Positions 17,790-27,295 of a DNA stretch of 64,000 nt are shown here, piece after piece. Origin of the DNA: Candidatus Daviesbacteria bacterium RIFCSPLOWO2_01_FULL_39_23 (GTDB taxonomy: Bacteria > Patescibacteriota > Microgenomatia > Daviesbacterales > UBA10151); the NCBI GenBank assembly GCA_001776935.1, contig MFDN01000014.1, positions 65,464 through 129,463 of the forward strand, given 5' to 3'. The position numbers and the translations under genes were made by a program. A model generated the notes under the pieces. It was given only the letters and a program-made list of their open reading frames with translations. It was not told the DNA's origin and made no database searches. Each line of letters begins with the position of its first letter. The stretch's first letter is position 1.

Positions 17790-17827
17790 GTAGAGAAATT
17801 TGGTTTAAAATATGCTATACTGCGCAC

Positions 17828-18256
17828 ATGCATAAACCATTTTATGCGAGCGGATTTCTTTATAGTTTAAAAACAAATCAAATTCTGCTTTTTCAAACCC
17901 CGGGCAAAGAAAATGAAAAAACTACCCTGACCACCATCGGCGGAGAAGGCAAACAAAAAGAGGATCCGCAAGCGGCATTTCAACGGATAATAAAAAAGCT
18001 GTTAAATCTTGACCTCAAAACAAAAGATATTTATCCTATTTATGATTACTTTCAGGATGACCTGAAAAAGGATAATTTTGTGTTTTATGCAGAATTAAAG
18101 AGAAAACCCGCAATCGGTTCTTCTGAAAATGGCGCCTTTGTCTGGGTTACGTTTGAGGAAGCCTTAAAGGTCCTTTTTCCGGCACACAGCAAACAGGATG
18201 TAATTGTCGGCCAGCGTGTCATTAATGCCAAATGGCGTGAGTCTCAGGGCATGTAA
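17828..18256 (+). CDS. NUDIX-fold-like protein (degenerate Nudix box)
   Basis: GGEGKQKEDPQAAFQR and WVTFEEA resemble NUDIX motifs; the catalytic REUXEE is absent. Confidence 0.55.
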   Translation: MHKPFYASGFLYSLKTNQILLFQTPGKENEKTTLTTIGGEGKQKEDPQAAFQRIIKKLLNLDLKTKDIYPIYDYFQDDLKKDNFVFYAELKRKPAIGSSENGAFVWVTFEEALKVLFPAHSKQDVIVGQRVINAKWRESQGM

Positions 18257-18282
18257 CCCCACACAAATAATACCTCAAGGAA

Positions 18283-18852
18283 TTATTTCTTTTTTGGAGA
18301 TTTTTTCTTGGGTGTTTTTGCTACTTCCTCTGTAATTTCTGCTTGCTCTTCCTCAGCAGCCTGCATAAAAGAGTTAGGAGTAAGCATTTGTAATATTTTA
18401 TCCAATTTAGTGTTTAGCAATTCAAATTGCGCGTTTTGCTGTGGCTGAGCAGGAGCTTGTTCCCTGTTTCTTTCTCCGTTGCCTTTTTTATCACCAAAAC
18501 AATTACTGCAAAAAATGGGTTTTTCGCCGCTTGGACGAAAAGGCACTTTACAGTCATTTCCGCAATCATCGCAAACCGCATCAAACATTTGACGCTCATC
18601 AGATCTTTGGAACCTTGACTCATCCCTGCCTTCAAATCTTCCCGCACCAGGACCTTTTTTGTTCTCAAAACAATCACTGCAGAAAATAGGTTTGCCGCTT
18701 GTCGGCCGAAAAGGCACTTCGCAGTTTTTATTGCAATTGTCGCAGACAGCCGGATGCATCTGAGCAGGGCTTCGCACATCTCTTCCGTTAAAGCCTCTTC
18801 TTGCAAAACCTCTTCCTCCGCTAGGTCTTGAGCCGCGGTTAAAATTTCCCAT
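18283..18852 (-). CDS. CxxC-x17-CxxC domain protein (two copies)
   Basis: Two repeats of AVCDxCxxxCxVPFRPxxxKPIFCSxCF. Confidence 0.88.
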   Translation of the reverse strand: MGNFNRGSRPSGGRGFARRGFNGRDVRSPAQMHPAVCDNCNKNCEVPFRPTSGKPIFCSDCFENKKGPGAGRFEGRDESRFQRSDERQMFDAVCDDCGNDCKVPFRPSGEKPIFCSNCFGDKKGNGERNREQAPAQPQQNAQFELLNTKLDKILQMLTPNSFMQAAEEEQAEITEEVAKTPKKKSPKKK

Positions 18853-18897
18853 AGCAAGCATTGTATCATTTAATTAGTAAAAATGTATGACTAAAAT

Positions 18898-19755
18898 ATG
18901 GCATGGTATAGTACATCAATATCTAATTTTTTCCGCCTGAAATTTCTGCTTATCTTTTGTATTGCGCTTTTGGGGCTGGGTATTTTCTATTTTGCCAATA
19001 TGCAAAAACAAAAAACCCGGCCTGATTTCGGCCCACCCAAAACTATCAAAGTTCTAGGCAAGGAAAAAGTAAAATATCCTCAGGATTACACAATTGTTAT
19101 GGTTGGTGATTCCATGACAGAAACTTTGGGCAACAGCGATGAACTTAAAAAGTTTTTATCTGATTACTATCCCGGTAAGTCTTTTGAGATTTTAAATTAC
19201 GGATTTGGCGCAACAAATATCCTGTCGGTCATGGACAGAATCACTAAAGATACTGAGCGTGGCCGAAAATTCAGGTCCATTGAAAGCATTGCTTATGAGC
19301 TGATACTGCTTGAATCCTTTGGCGAAAATCCTCTTTCGCAATATCCATTAAATGAAGGACTGCAGCGGCAAACACAAGAGCTGGATAAAATTGTGGGTGT
19401 ACTCAAAGAGACAAATCCCAAAGGGAAAATTGCTTTTGTTGCAAGTATTTCCCCAAACAAGTTAATCTTTGCCCAAAATCAGGTTAATTTATCATCAGAA
19501 AAAAAGGCGCAGTGGGTAGAAGAAAGAATTGCCTACATTAAAAATCATATTCTTTATGCCCAAAGCCATAATATCCCTATTATTAATGTTTTTGAAAAGT
19601 CGCTTTCGGAAAACGGAGACGGAGATCCTGAATATATCAGTACGGATGATTACATTCACCCCTCACCAAAAGGGATTATTTTTATCAGTAAAGAAATAGC
19701 AGACTATATTTACAAAAACAATTTATTGGGAAGCGGTTTATTTAACAGCAATTAA
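18898..19755 (+). CDS. SGNH/GDSL hydrolase, membrane anchored
   Basis: VGDSMT block I, DYIHP block V, N-terminal TM. Confidence 0.8.
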   Translation: MAWYSTSISNFFRLKFLLIFCIALLGLGIFYFANMQKQKTRPDFGPPKTIKVLGKEKVKYPQDYTIVMVGDSMTETLGNSDELKKFLSDYYPGKSFEILNYGFGATNILSVMDRITKDTERGRKFRSIESIAYELILLESFGENPLSQYPLNEGLQRQTQELDKIVGVLKETNPKGKIAFVASISPNKLIFAQNQVNLSSEKKAQWVEERIAYIKNHILYAQSHNIPIINVFEKSLSENGDGDPEYISTDDYIHPSPKGIIFISKEIADYIYKNNLLGSGLFNSN

Positions 19756-19803
19756 TTCAACTTCAAAAATTAAAGTAGAACTCGGGGGGATTATGCCAAT
19801 TTG
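19738..19803 (-). pseudogene. C-terminal remnant of FKBP-type peptidyl-prolyl isomerase
   Basis: Translates QIGIIPPSSTLIFEVELIAVK*, matching the FKBP C-terminal consensus IPPNxTLxFEVEL. Confidence 0.7.
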
Positions 19804-19868
19804 GTTTACTTTATATAATCTTGTATGATAATTTCGTATCCGGAATTTTTGTCTACAACTTAATCAAA

Positions 19869-21284
19869 ATGCCTGAAATTGAAAAATTGAAAATAGTGAT
19901 TGTCATGCCGGCTTATAACGCCGCAAAAACAGTCCGTAATACCTATTTAGAAATCCCTCCTTATTTAAGGGAAAATATCATACTGGTAGATGACGGCAGC
20001 AAAGATAATACAGTGCAGATTGCCAAAGAATTGGGAATAAAAGTTATAGAACATTCTAAGAATGTAGGCTATGGGGGAAACCAGAAAACCTGTTATGCGG
20101 AAGCTCTAAAACTTGATCCTGATATCGTTGTGATGCTTCACCCGGATTACCAATACGATGCTTCGATGATCGAGGATTTAGTTTATCCTATTGCGCGGGG
20201 AAGATATGATTTTATGTTCGGGAGCCGCATTGCCAATAAAAAGGGTGCGCTTGCCGGGGGAATGCCGCCCTTAAAATATTACGTTAACAGATTTGTATGC
20301 CTTATACAAAACATCCTGTTGGGCGTTAACTTCACTGAGCACTTTTCCGGACTCCGTGCTTATTCTAAAAAGCTTCTTCAAACAGTGCCCTGGCAAAATT
20401 TTTCAAACGATTTTGTTTTTGACCAGGAAATGACCATCTCGGCATTGGCACATGGCTTTACTATCAGCGAGGTCGCAATCCCTACCCGCTATCATGAAAA
20501 AGCCTCTTCAATAGGATTCATCCGCGGTACAAAATTTATTCTTGAGGGTTTCTTAGTTATCACAGCTTTATACTTGCATAAATTAAATCTTATACAAGAT
20601 AAAAGATTTGAGCCGGTAAAATCAACTAATATTGGCAAATATTTTATTGCCCTGCCGGTAATTATTTTTATAAATTTATTCCTATACGGTATCTTCCAAA
20701 AAGATCTGTTGTTTGGATTATTTCTCTTTGCTGAAAGTGTTTTAATATACTTTAGTTTTGTAAGCAGAGCTTTTTTTATCAGGCTGTTGGCTTGCATGGT
20801 ATTGGTATTTCTAATCCTGATTTCTTTTTATAAGGATTTTGACCGAACTTTTTTCTATCCGACTCAGCTTGAGATAAGCACTCAGGCTTTCAGGCATGAG
20901 TATTTTGCCCTGGAGTTGGGTAAATTATATAAAAACAGGATTGGTATAACCTATATGCAGTCTGCCTTGCCTCTTGCTTCAAAATTTAACAGGAATATGT
21001 TTTCTCATCTTGCTTTTGATTCTTTATTGAATGCCCAAAGCATCTTATCTTTAATATCAATACCTTTATTCCTGCTGGGTATTTATAAACTTCCGCGGCT
21101 TTTAAGCCGCGGTTTTCTTTATTCTGAGTTTACAATTTTTTATCTTTCTGTTGTTTTTGCTGCAGGGGGATTCTTAACTTTTGAAGGACAATATGGGTTA
21201 TTGTTATATGCGCCCATAGTTAACTTCTTAATTTACCTTGGCCTATTGCAGGCAATTCATAAAATTTTTTATGCTAAAGCTTAA
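19869..21284 (+). CDS. GT2 (polyprenol-phosphate sugar synthase-like) fused to membrane domain
   Basis: VMPAYNAA, VDDGSKD, GYGGNQKT, HPDYQYD; multi-TM C-terminus. Confidence 0.88.
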   Translation: MPEIEKLKIVIVMPAYNAAKTVRNTYLEIPPYLRENIILVDDGSKDNTVQIAKELGIKVIEHSKNVGYGGNQKTCYAEALKLDPDIVVMLHPDYQYDASMIEDLVYPIARGRYDFMFGSRIANKKGALAGGMPPLKYYVNRFVCLIQNILLGVNFTEHFSGLRAYSKKLLQTVPWQNFSNDFVFDQEMTISALAHGFTISEVAIPTRYHEKASSIGFIRGTKFILEGFLVITALYLHKLNLIQDKRFEPVKSTNIGKYFIALPVIIFINLFLYGIFQKDLLFGLFLFAESVLIYFSFVSRAFFIRLLACMVLVFLILISFYKDFDRTFFYPTQLEISTQAFRHEYFALELGKLYKNRIGITYMQSALPLASKFNRNMFSHLAFDSLLNAQSILSLISIPLFLLGIYKLPRLLSRGFLYSEFTIFYLSVVFAAGGFLTFEGQYGLLLYAPIVNFLIYLGLLQAIHKIFYAKA

Positions 21285-22869
21285 GAAGACAAGCTTGATT
21301 TTAATATTAATTATCTGCTTATCGGTTTTTTTGCGTTTTTACAAATTGAACGAAATACCAACAGGTTTCCATCATGATGAGGTTTCCCAGGCATATAACG
21401 CTTTTGCCCTGGGAACAACAGGACATGACCGCTACAGTCAATCTTTTCCTTTACTTTTCCGAGCCTTTGGGTCATACCAGCCTCCGCTTTATACCTATTT
21501 ATCAATTATCCCAATCAAAATTTTTGGAAACACTATGTTTGCCGCACGGTTTGTATCTGCATTTTTCGGAGTGTTGATTGTGATTTTCACCTATTTAATA
21601 ATTGCTGAACTTGCAAAAGAAAAATTTAAGCATTCTTTTGCACTTCTGGCAGCTTTAATGGTGGGCATTTCTCCATGGGCGATTCATTTTAGCAGACGGA
21701 TTGCTGAGGCTAATTTAGGTCTTGCGCTTTTTGCAGCTGCCTTCTATTTTTTTATTCGTTCATTAAGGTCGCCCCGGATATTCCCTTTGGCTATGCTTTT
21801 AAGCGGCATTTCCACTCATGCATACTATAGCGAAAGAATTATCGCGATTTTTTTTATCCCAATTTATTTATTCATATTCAGACAACACTACTTCAAGCAT
21901 ATAAAATCAGTCATTTTCGGACTCGTTGTATTTGGCCTGACTCAACTTCCCCATCTTTATCTGTTTGCAAACGGGGCTTTTTCCACCAGATTTAATCAGG
22001 TAAGTTATTTAGGAAACATACCAGAAGGCTTTGCAGGGGTTATTTATATTGTGCAGCAATTTTTAAGACATATTTTAATTTATATTTCCCCGCATCATCT
22101 TTTTGCAGATACCGGAAGCAATCTTGCAAATGCTGCCCCTGAGCTGGGTGTATTTTATGGCTGGTTTTTTATACCCTTTGTAATTGGAATCATCGCCTTT
22201 ATCAGGCGGTTTCATATTCCTTTTTTTAAACTTATTCTGCTTGCTCTTCCGGTTTTTTTGATATCTGCAAGCTTAACAGGAGATGAGTTCTATACCCTAA
22301 GGATTTTGGAATATTTGTGGGCTTTAACAATTATCATATCTTTCGGGGCTTTCCTGATATTAGAAAAAATTAATAGTAAGCAGGTCAGGCTCATACTGCC
22401 GGTTATGCTGACCGTTTTTTCCCTTGTTCTTTTCTATCTCTCATACGGAATTCTTTATAAATATGAGGCTGAAGGATATGCAGGGAAAGTATATATTGAG
22501 CTGAAAGATAAACTGGCGCCCTATAGCGGCAAACAGATTATAGTAGATTCATGGAGGGATATTGCCATAGGTCTTAGGATTGCTTATTTTGAAAAATATG
22601 ATGCAAATAAATTATCTGCAATTTTGGGGCCGCAGATCTTTGCTGATTATTATAAAGCGGAAGGGGACATACAGGAAGTTTATAAGGTGAACAATATGGA
22701 ATTCCGGCCCTTTGTATGGAAAGAAGACAGCGGTCTAAAAAATACCATATTAGTCGGCGATAGCCTGGCGATCTCTGAAGATCAAGTCTATTCTAATAAA
22801 TTAACACCGCTATTTGAAATTAAAAATTTAAACGGGAGTACAGCTATAAAAGCTTACACTACTGAATAG
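21271..22869 (+). CDS. GT-C fold (ArnT/PMT-like) glycosyltransferase
   Basis: LRFYKL...DEVSQAYNA, PPLYTY, ARFVSA, SPWAIHFSR; multiple TM helices. Confidence 0.85.
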   Translation: MLKLKKTSLILILIICLSVFLRFYKLNEIPTGFHHDEVSQAYNAFALGTTGHDRYSQSFPLLFRAFGSYQPPLYTYLSIIPIKIFGNTMFAARFVSAFFGVLIVIFTYLIIAELAKEKFKHSFALLAALMVGISPWAIHFSRRIAEANLGLALFAAAFYFFIRSLRSPRIFPLAMLLSGISTHAYYSERIIAIFFIPIYLFIFRQHYFKHIKSVIFGLVVFGLTQLPHLYLFANGAFSTRFNQVSYLGNIPEGFAGVIYIVQQFLRHILIYISPHHLFADTGSNLANAAPELGVFYGWFFIPFVIGIIAFIRRFHIPFFKLILLALPVFLISASLTGDEFYTLRILEYLWALTIIISFGAFLILEKINSKQVRLILPVMLTVFSLVLFYLSYGILYKYEAEGYAGKVYIELKDKLAPYSGKQIIVDSWRDIAIGLRIAYFEKYDANKLSAILGPQIFADYYKAEGDIQEVYKVNNMEFRPFVWKEDSGLKNTILVGDSLAISEDQVYSNKLTPLFEIKNLNGSTAIKAYTTE

Positions 22870-22883
22870 TTTTTGTTAATCAA

Positions 22884-22943
22884 GAGCAGAAGACGCAAAT
22901 TTAGACGAAGTCGCAAGCTCTGCTTCTTTTGAACTAATCCCGC
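22884..22943 (-). pseudogene. Collapsed tRNA-Gly relic joined to mini-element sequence
   Basis: 22930-22943 identical to tRNA-Gly 5' end (25700-25713); 22891-22920 identical to 24387-24416. Confidence 0.7.
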
Positions 22944-23017
22944 TTAACTACTACCCTATTTAACTAGCTGATAGAGCTGTATCAAGCTAAGGAGGTAGTT
23001 AATTGATATAATCTATA

Positions 23018-23542
23018 TTGTTGAAATATTTTATTTTAAAATTATTTGTATTATTTTTTGTATTCCTTTTAGGAAACATTATGATTGGGACTGACTCTGT
23101 ACGAAAGTTTGATTGTGATATGTTCTTTCCTGATCTTGAATATGAAAGATACTGCTTACCACTGAAAAGTTTTGGATTTAATGCTTGGGTAGTATTTTTA
23201 TCCATCCCAGTACTTACTTTTCTATCTGGATTCCTGTATAAAAGTGTAAAAATATTCTTGTTGGTTGATATTATTTGGATATTGCTCACAGAATCTCTGG
23301 TAAGGATATTTGAAATTCCTGCTATCTATAGCAGTCTTGAACATAGCTATCTTGAATATTCAATTTTTGCTGCCCAAGTCCCTGTAGTTATTTATCCAAA
23401 AGGAATTATTATTAGTGATCAAATGAAAGTTCTTGCAATTTTAGTTATCCTAAGTTTAGGGAGTGGTTACTTAGGAAGTTTATTAAAAACAATCATTTCA
23501 AGAATTTTATCTTCAAAATTAGTTCGATTCCATTCTCTATGA
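23018..23542 (+). CDS. Hypothetical membrane protein
   Basis: About 4 TM segments; resembles 50443..50964. Confidence 0.65.
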   Translation: MLKYFILKLFVLFFVFLLGNIMIGTDSVRKFDCDMFFPDLEYERYCLPLKSFGFNAWVVFLSIPVLTFLSGFLYKSVKIFLLVDIIWILLTESLVRIFEIPAIYSSLEHSYLEYSIFAAQVPVVIYPKGIIISDQMKVLAILVILSLGSGYLGSLLKTIISRILSSKLVRFHSL

Positions 23543-23704
23543 GGTGTTTAAACCAGGAGATTAGAGGGCTTATAAAAAATCTGCTGACTAGCCCGTTGTA
23601 TCAATATATTCAGGGCTTTTCTGGGGACACTGCCCCGTCTTTCCTACGGCAAGTTTACATGAGTTTATCGAAGTGCTCAAGATTGAAATTAAATTGCTAG
23701 CAAC

Positions 23705-24055
23705 TCAGAAAGAATGGGATTCAGCTATATCTGTTCTAACTATGGTGAGTGACTTTTCTAGAATCTCCCTTTTTTGATTATTGAGCAACTGATTTAGGTA
23801 ATTTACAATATTTTTTGGATTTTGGTCTTTTAATCTAATAACTATGCAAGCTACATGGTATTTAGGAAATTGCGTTAAACCAATAAAATCTTTATCCAGC
23901 GTTAGGACAATCCTTCCTTCTCTCTGAGCTATTTTGATGATTTCAGTATCTTTAGCTAATAAATTAATTTTCTTAAGATCTAAAACATCATGCCCGTTTT
24001 GGACTAAATATAAAACAACTGATTGGGGGATATTAATATCAGCGAGAAATTTCAT
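23705..24055 (-). CDS. DUF5615 PIN-like toxin (VapC45-type)
   Basis: MKFLADINI, DxEI...REGRIVLTLDKDF; overlaps DUF433 gene. Confidence 0.88.
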   Translation of the reverse strand: MKFLADINIPQSVVLYLVQNGHDVLDLKKINLLAKDTEIIKIAQREGRIVLTLDKDFIGLTQFPKYHVACIVIRLKDQNPKNIVNYLNQLLNNQKREILEKSLTIVRTDIAESHSF

Positions 24056-24293
24056 GAGCTACAACTTGAGCTTTATCAAAAATATAGCTCTCTTCTTTAC
24101 CCACCAGCTTAGCTGCATAATTAACTGCTGCTTGGATTTGTTTTTTAGTCAGAAATGGATATTCTTTAAGAATCTCATTTTTTTCCATACCAGAGGAGAT
24201 AAGCTCTAAAATAGTTTCAACAGATATTCTAGTTCCGGCAATAATAGGCTTACCACCAAGTATTTTTGGATCTTGTGTAATAAGGCTTTTCAT
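24039..24293 (-). CDS. DUF433 antitoxin (VapB45-type)
   Basis: DPKILGGKPIIAGTRISV...EYPFLT...AAVNYA. Confidence 0.9.
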   Translation of the reverse strand: MKSLITQDPKILGGKPIIAGTRISVETILELISSGMEKNEILKEYPFLTKKQIQAAVNYAAKLVGKEESYIFDKAQVVAHEISR

Positions 24294-24379
24294 TAACGAT
24301 ATTATACCATGAATCACCGCTAATCTTTCAAATGAATGAAGCCTGGTATAGCTTGTTTTAACAGCCTAAATTCCTTTCG

Positions 24380-24556
24380 GAGCGGGAGACGCAAATTTAG
24401 ACGAAGTCGCAAGCTCGTGCAGGCTCCTCTGGTATTTTCTCACTTCGTTCGAAAATCGTACAGGGTCGCTAATCGCTCGCCATGTCACGACTCCCTGCCT
24501 ACCCAATCTAACAAAAATCGGCCACAGGGACCGATTTTTGTTGTGAGCTGGAGACG
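24380..24556. mobile_element. 165-bp mini-element between duplicated tRNA-Gly-type 3' ends
   Basis: GAGCGGGAGACG (24380) / GAGCTGGAGACG (24545); terminator-like hairpin 24510-24542. Confidence 0.6.
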
Positions 24557-24662
24557 GTATTAGAGTTGGACTTCAAAAGTTATTTAACGATACCTCCGAA
24601 GAGGCAAAACTTTTAGCCTATCAGCTAGAAATACTTGGGAACTTGGATAAAAGTTTTTAGAG

Positions 24663-25532
24663 TTATTCAATTACCGGTGTAGCTGGAGTTTGCCCTTGTG
24701 ATTCATTTTGAAATTCTGGTATTGTCCGTAATACTTTTTCAAAACCAAGTAAATCCTTCTTGCCTTCTACTGGAACTTCAGCAAGATACGAATGCCAGTA
24801 AGGTAATAGTTTGTCCATTAATGGAAACAAATTTTTATGTCCAACAAAAGGGGGATAAGTTTCTCCTTCATTGAGCCTGACTCGTAATTCATTGTCTGCA
24901 ATTAACTGTATGAGTGCATGACTCAAGTCTGTATAGTCTAGGTATGAATGGAGAACTTCATGCCACAGATAGACAGTAGCGTAATTATCCCACTCCGGAG
25001 AGTGTCCCCAAGCTATATCATTATTCCCCAGATACTGTCCATTTTTTAAGCTAGGGTGAGTTACCCAGATTGTTACTTGTTTATTCAAATCCACTCCTGC
25101 CATTTCCTGTACTACTTGAGATGTTTGTGGGTAATTTCTTTCCCATTCTGCTTTAAGACTTGCTATATATATTTCCGTTTGCTGCCTGATTTTTCCAAAC
25201 TCACTTCCCTGTTCAATATTTGTCAAAAATCCCGTTACTTCCTCCAATGTTCCTCCAGATGCAGTAAATTGTTTGAGAGATGCTCTCCCAGCGATAAAGT
25301 CATAACATCTTTTTGATAATGCCCGTGCAGAATCTTGAAATACCACAAGATCTTCTCTATGCTCTTGTGAAGAAAATCGATTATCATCCATACATGCGAT
25401 TGTATGTTTGATAAGATGTCTGTTATCAATTCTAAAATCCATCCTCAAACCTTCAGATTCTTTTCGCTCTGTATTGTTAAGTTTCGCTACTGGCGGTTGT
25501 GGAACACCCAATCCCTCTCCTGCTTCTGACAT
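24663..25532 (-). CDS. Hypothetical protein with HEXXH zincin-like motif
   Basis: YLWHEVLHSY; lies between tRNA-Gly 3'-end repeats. Confidence 0.65.
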   Translation of the reverse strand: MSEAGEGLGVPQPPVAKLNNTERKESEGLRMDFRIDNRHLIKHTIACMDDNRFSSQEHREDLVVFQDSARALSKRCYDFIAGRASLKQFTASGGTLEEVTGFLTNIEQGSEFGKIRQQTEIYIASLKAEWERNYPQTSQVVQEMAGVDLNKQVTIWVTHPSLKNGQYLGNNDIAWGHSPEWDNYATVYLWHEVLHSYLDYTDLSHALIQLIADNELRVRLNEGETYPPFVGHKNLFPLMDKLLPYWHSYLAEVPVEGKKDLLGFEKVLRTIPEFQNESQGQTPATPVIE

Positions 25533-25641
25533 GTTTTCATATTAATGGAATGGAGCTCTATAAACAAGATTCCTTGCTTTATAGCCAGTCTTTAAACTAA
25601 TTTGATTGTTTAGCTTGTCCTAACAATCTAAATTCCTTATG

Positions 25642-25713
25642 AGCGGGATAGGGGAATTGAACCCCTTACATACTGCTTGGAAAGCAGTCGTTCTACCGGT
25701 GAACTAATCCCGC
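25642..25713 (-). tRNA. tRNA-Gly (TCC)
   Basis: GCGGGAT/ATCCCGC acceptor, ACTGC-TTTCCAA-GCAGT anticodon arm, GGTTCAATTCC T-arm. Confidence 0.93.
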
Positions 25714-25826
25714 ACGAAATTACATTTTACCCTAAATAATTGATTTATTTCAAGGTAAATTTGCATATTGACAAAAATTAAGAAATATTGTTAAATATTC
25801 TCATAACCTGAAAGGTTAAAACTAAT

Positions 25827-26090
25827 ATGTCTACTATAACTATCTCGCTTCCCAGCCAAATAACCAAAAGAATTGACGATGAGGCAAAAAGACGAGGTTT
25901 TGCTACACGCTCTGAATTTATTAGAAGCTTACTAAGAAGATACCTGACTCAGGATCCGGAATTGGAAACATTTGAAAAAGCTCCTCTTAGTGAAGTAAAA
26001 ATGGAATTGGCAAGAACCGGTAAATATAGTGAAAAATTTATTGAGAGCGTAATTGAAGGATTGGCAAAATCCTCACAATATGAGGGTTAA
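25827..26090 (+). CDS. Ribbon-helix-helix (CopG-like) antitoxin
   Basis: ITISLP...ID..AKRRGF.TRSEFIRSLLR RHH pattern. Confidence 0.82.
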   Translation: MSTITISLPSQITKRIDDEAKRRGFATRSEFIRSLLRRYLTQDPELETFEKAPLSEVKMELARTGKYSEKFIESVIEGLAKSSQYEG

Positions 26091-26328
26091 ACCATTACGT
26101 CAGGATCTCCAAAAATACCTTACTAAACGAAGTCTAATCAGAAAATTCGATAAACAACTCCAACTATTTAAACATAATCCTAAGCATCCTTCCCTGAACA
26201 CAGAAAGGCTGGAACCAAAAAGCCTGAAGATTTACTCCTTTCGGATAGACAGAAAATATCGTGCTGTTTTTATTCTGGTAAGCCCATTTGAAGCAGAGGT
26301 TATCGATATAAACGACCACTATCAATAA
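26080..26328 (+). CDS. RelE/YoeB-superfamily toxin
   Basis: NPKHPSLNTERL, YSFRIDRKYRAVF, INDHYQ; overlaps the antitoxin. Confidence 0.82.
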   Translation: MRVKPLRQDLQKYLTKRSLIRKFDKQLQLFKHNPKHPSLNTERLEPKSLKIYSFRIDRKYRAVFILVSPFEAEVIDINDHYQ

Positions 26329-26427
26329 ACTTCCGCTCCGCCTTTGGCGCGAGCGGTTTTCTTTAAAAGTTTACAAGAAACTACAGAAAACCTTAGCTCA
26401 TTTATACCCACAATCCCGCGGAAGACT

Positions 26428-26486
26428 GTAATCACTTAAGCATTCATCCCTCCGTCAATGGCGGAGGGTTTTCTGCTAGTGATTAT
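26428..26486. mobile_element. Solitary IS200/IS605-like end hairpin
   Basis: GCATTCAT-CCCTCCGTCA-A-TGGCGGAGGG-TTTTCTGC inside TAATCACT/AGTGATTA arms; no tnpA or tnpB adjacent. Confidence 0.45.
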
Positions 26487-26491
26487 AAATA

Positions 26492-27250
26492 TTAGCGGAT
26501 TTCGTAGCTTAGGGTAACCGTAACCTTAATTTCAGATGAACCTGGCTGTATAGAAGTATCAGAAACTTTGGCAGCAGATTCTACGGCATTTAACCCTACC
26601 GGCAGAGGTCTGGGACCCCCATTAAAACCTTCTGAATAATTAACCAATCTGCCTAAACTAAATCCGGCAATTTTGGCAGCATTTTCAGCCTTTCTTTTGG
26701 CAGATTCCACTGCCTTTTTTCTTGCTTCATCTTGCACTTTGCTTTTATCATCCACATCAAACCTAATCCCGCCCACCTGGTTAGCCCCGTTTGCAGTTGC
26801 TGCATCAATCACCTCATTTGCAAGGTCAATTTTTCGCACCTTTATAGTCAGATTTGTTGAAGCATTGTAGCCGGTTATCCTTTGTGTGCCGCTTTGAAAA
26901 TCTATATCCGGGTTTATATTATAGTTTGTCGTCTGAATATCTTTACCCTCAATTCCTAATTTCTTTATAGCTTCCGAAACTTTATTTATAGACGTATTCA
27001 ACTGGTCCTGAGCTGCTTTGACAGTTGGCCCTTGGGAGGTAACACCGGCATTAATTATGGCTATATCAGGCTTTACTGTTGCCGTACCTTCACCGGTTAC
27101 ATTAAAAGTCTCGGATTTGGCAGTTATCACACTGTCAACAGAAAAAGGAATAGGGCCTGCTATTTTTGTATAGAGGAACAAAATTGCAAAAAACACCAAA
27201 ATCGGCCCGGCTACTCTAAGTAAATCATTCGCAGCGGGAACCTTATTCAT
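26492..27250 (-). CDS. SIMPL domain (DUF541) protein
   Basis: VTGEG...PDIA, DIQTTNYNINP, GANQVGGIRF, IQPGSSEI. Confidence 0.9.
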   Translation of the reverse strand: MNKVPAANDLLRVAGPILVFFAILFLYTKIAGPIPFSVDSVITAKSETFNVTGEGTATVKPDIAIINAGVTSQGPTVKAAQDQLNTSINKVSEAIKKLGIEGKDIQTTNYNINPDIDFQSGTQRITGYNASTNLTIKVRKIDLANEVIDAATANGANQVGGIRFDVDDKSKVQDEARKKAVESAKRKAENAAKIAGFSLGRLVNYSEGFNGGPRPLPVGLNAVESAAKVSDTSIQPGSSEIKVTVTLSYEIR

Positions 27251-27295
27251 ACACCTATTTTACCACCATTCAGCAAGTTATATAATAAGCATGAA

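Noticed and set aside
24336-24563. 75-aa ORF
   Set aside because: Coincides with the tRNA-derived mini-element; likely spurious
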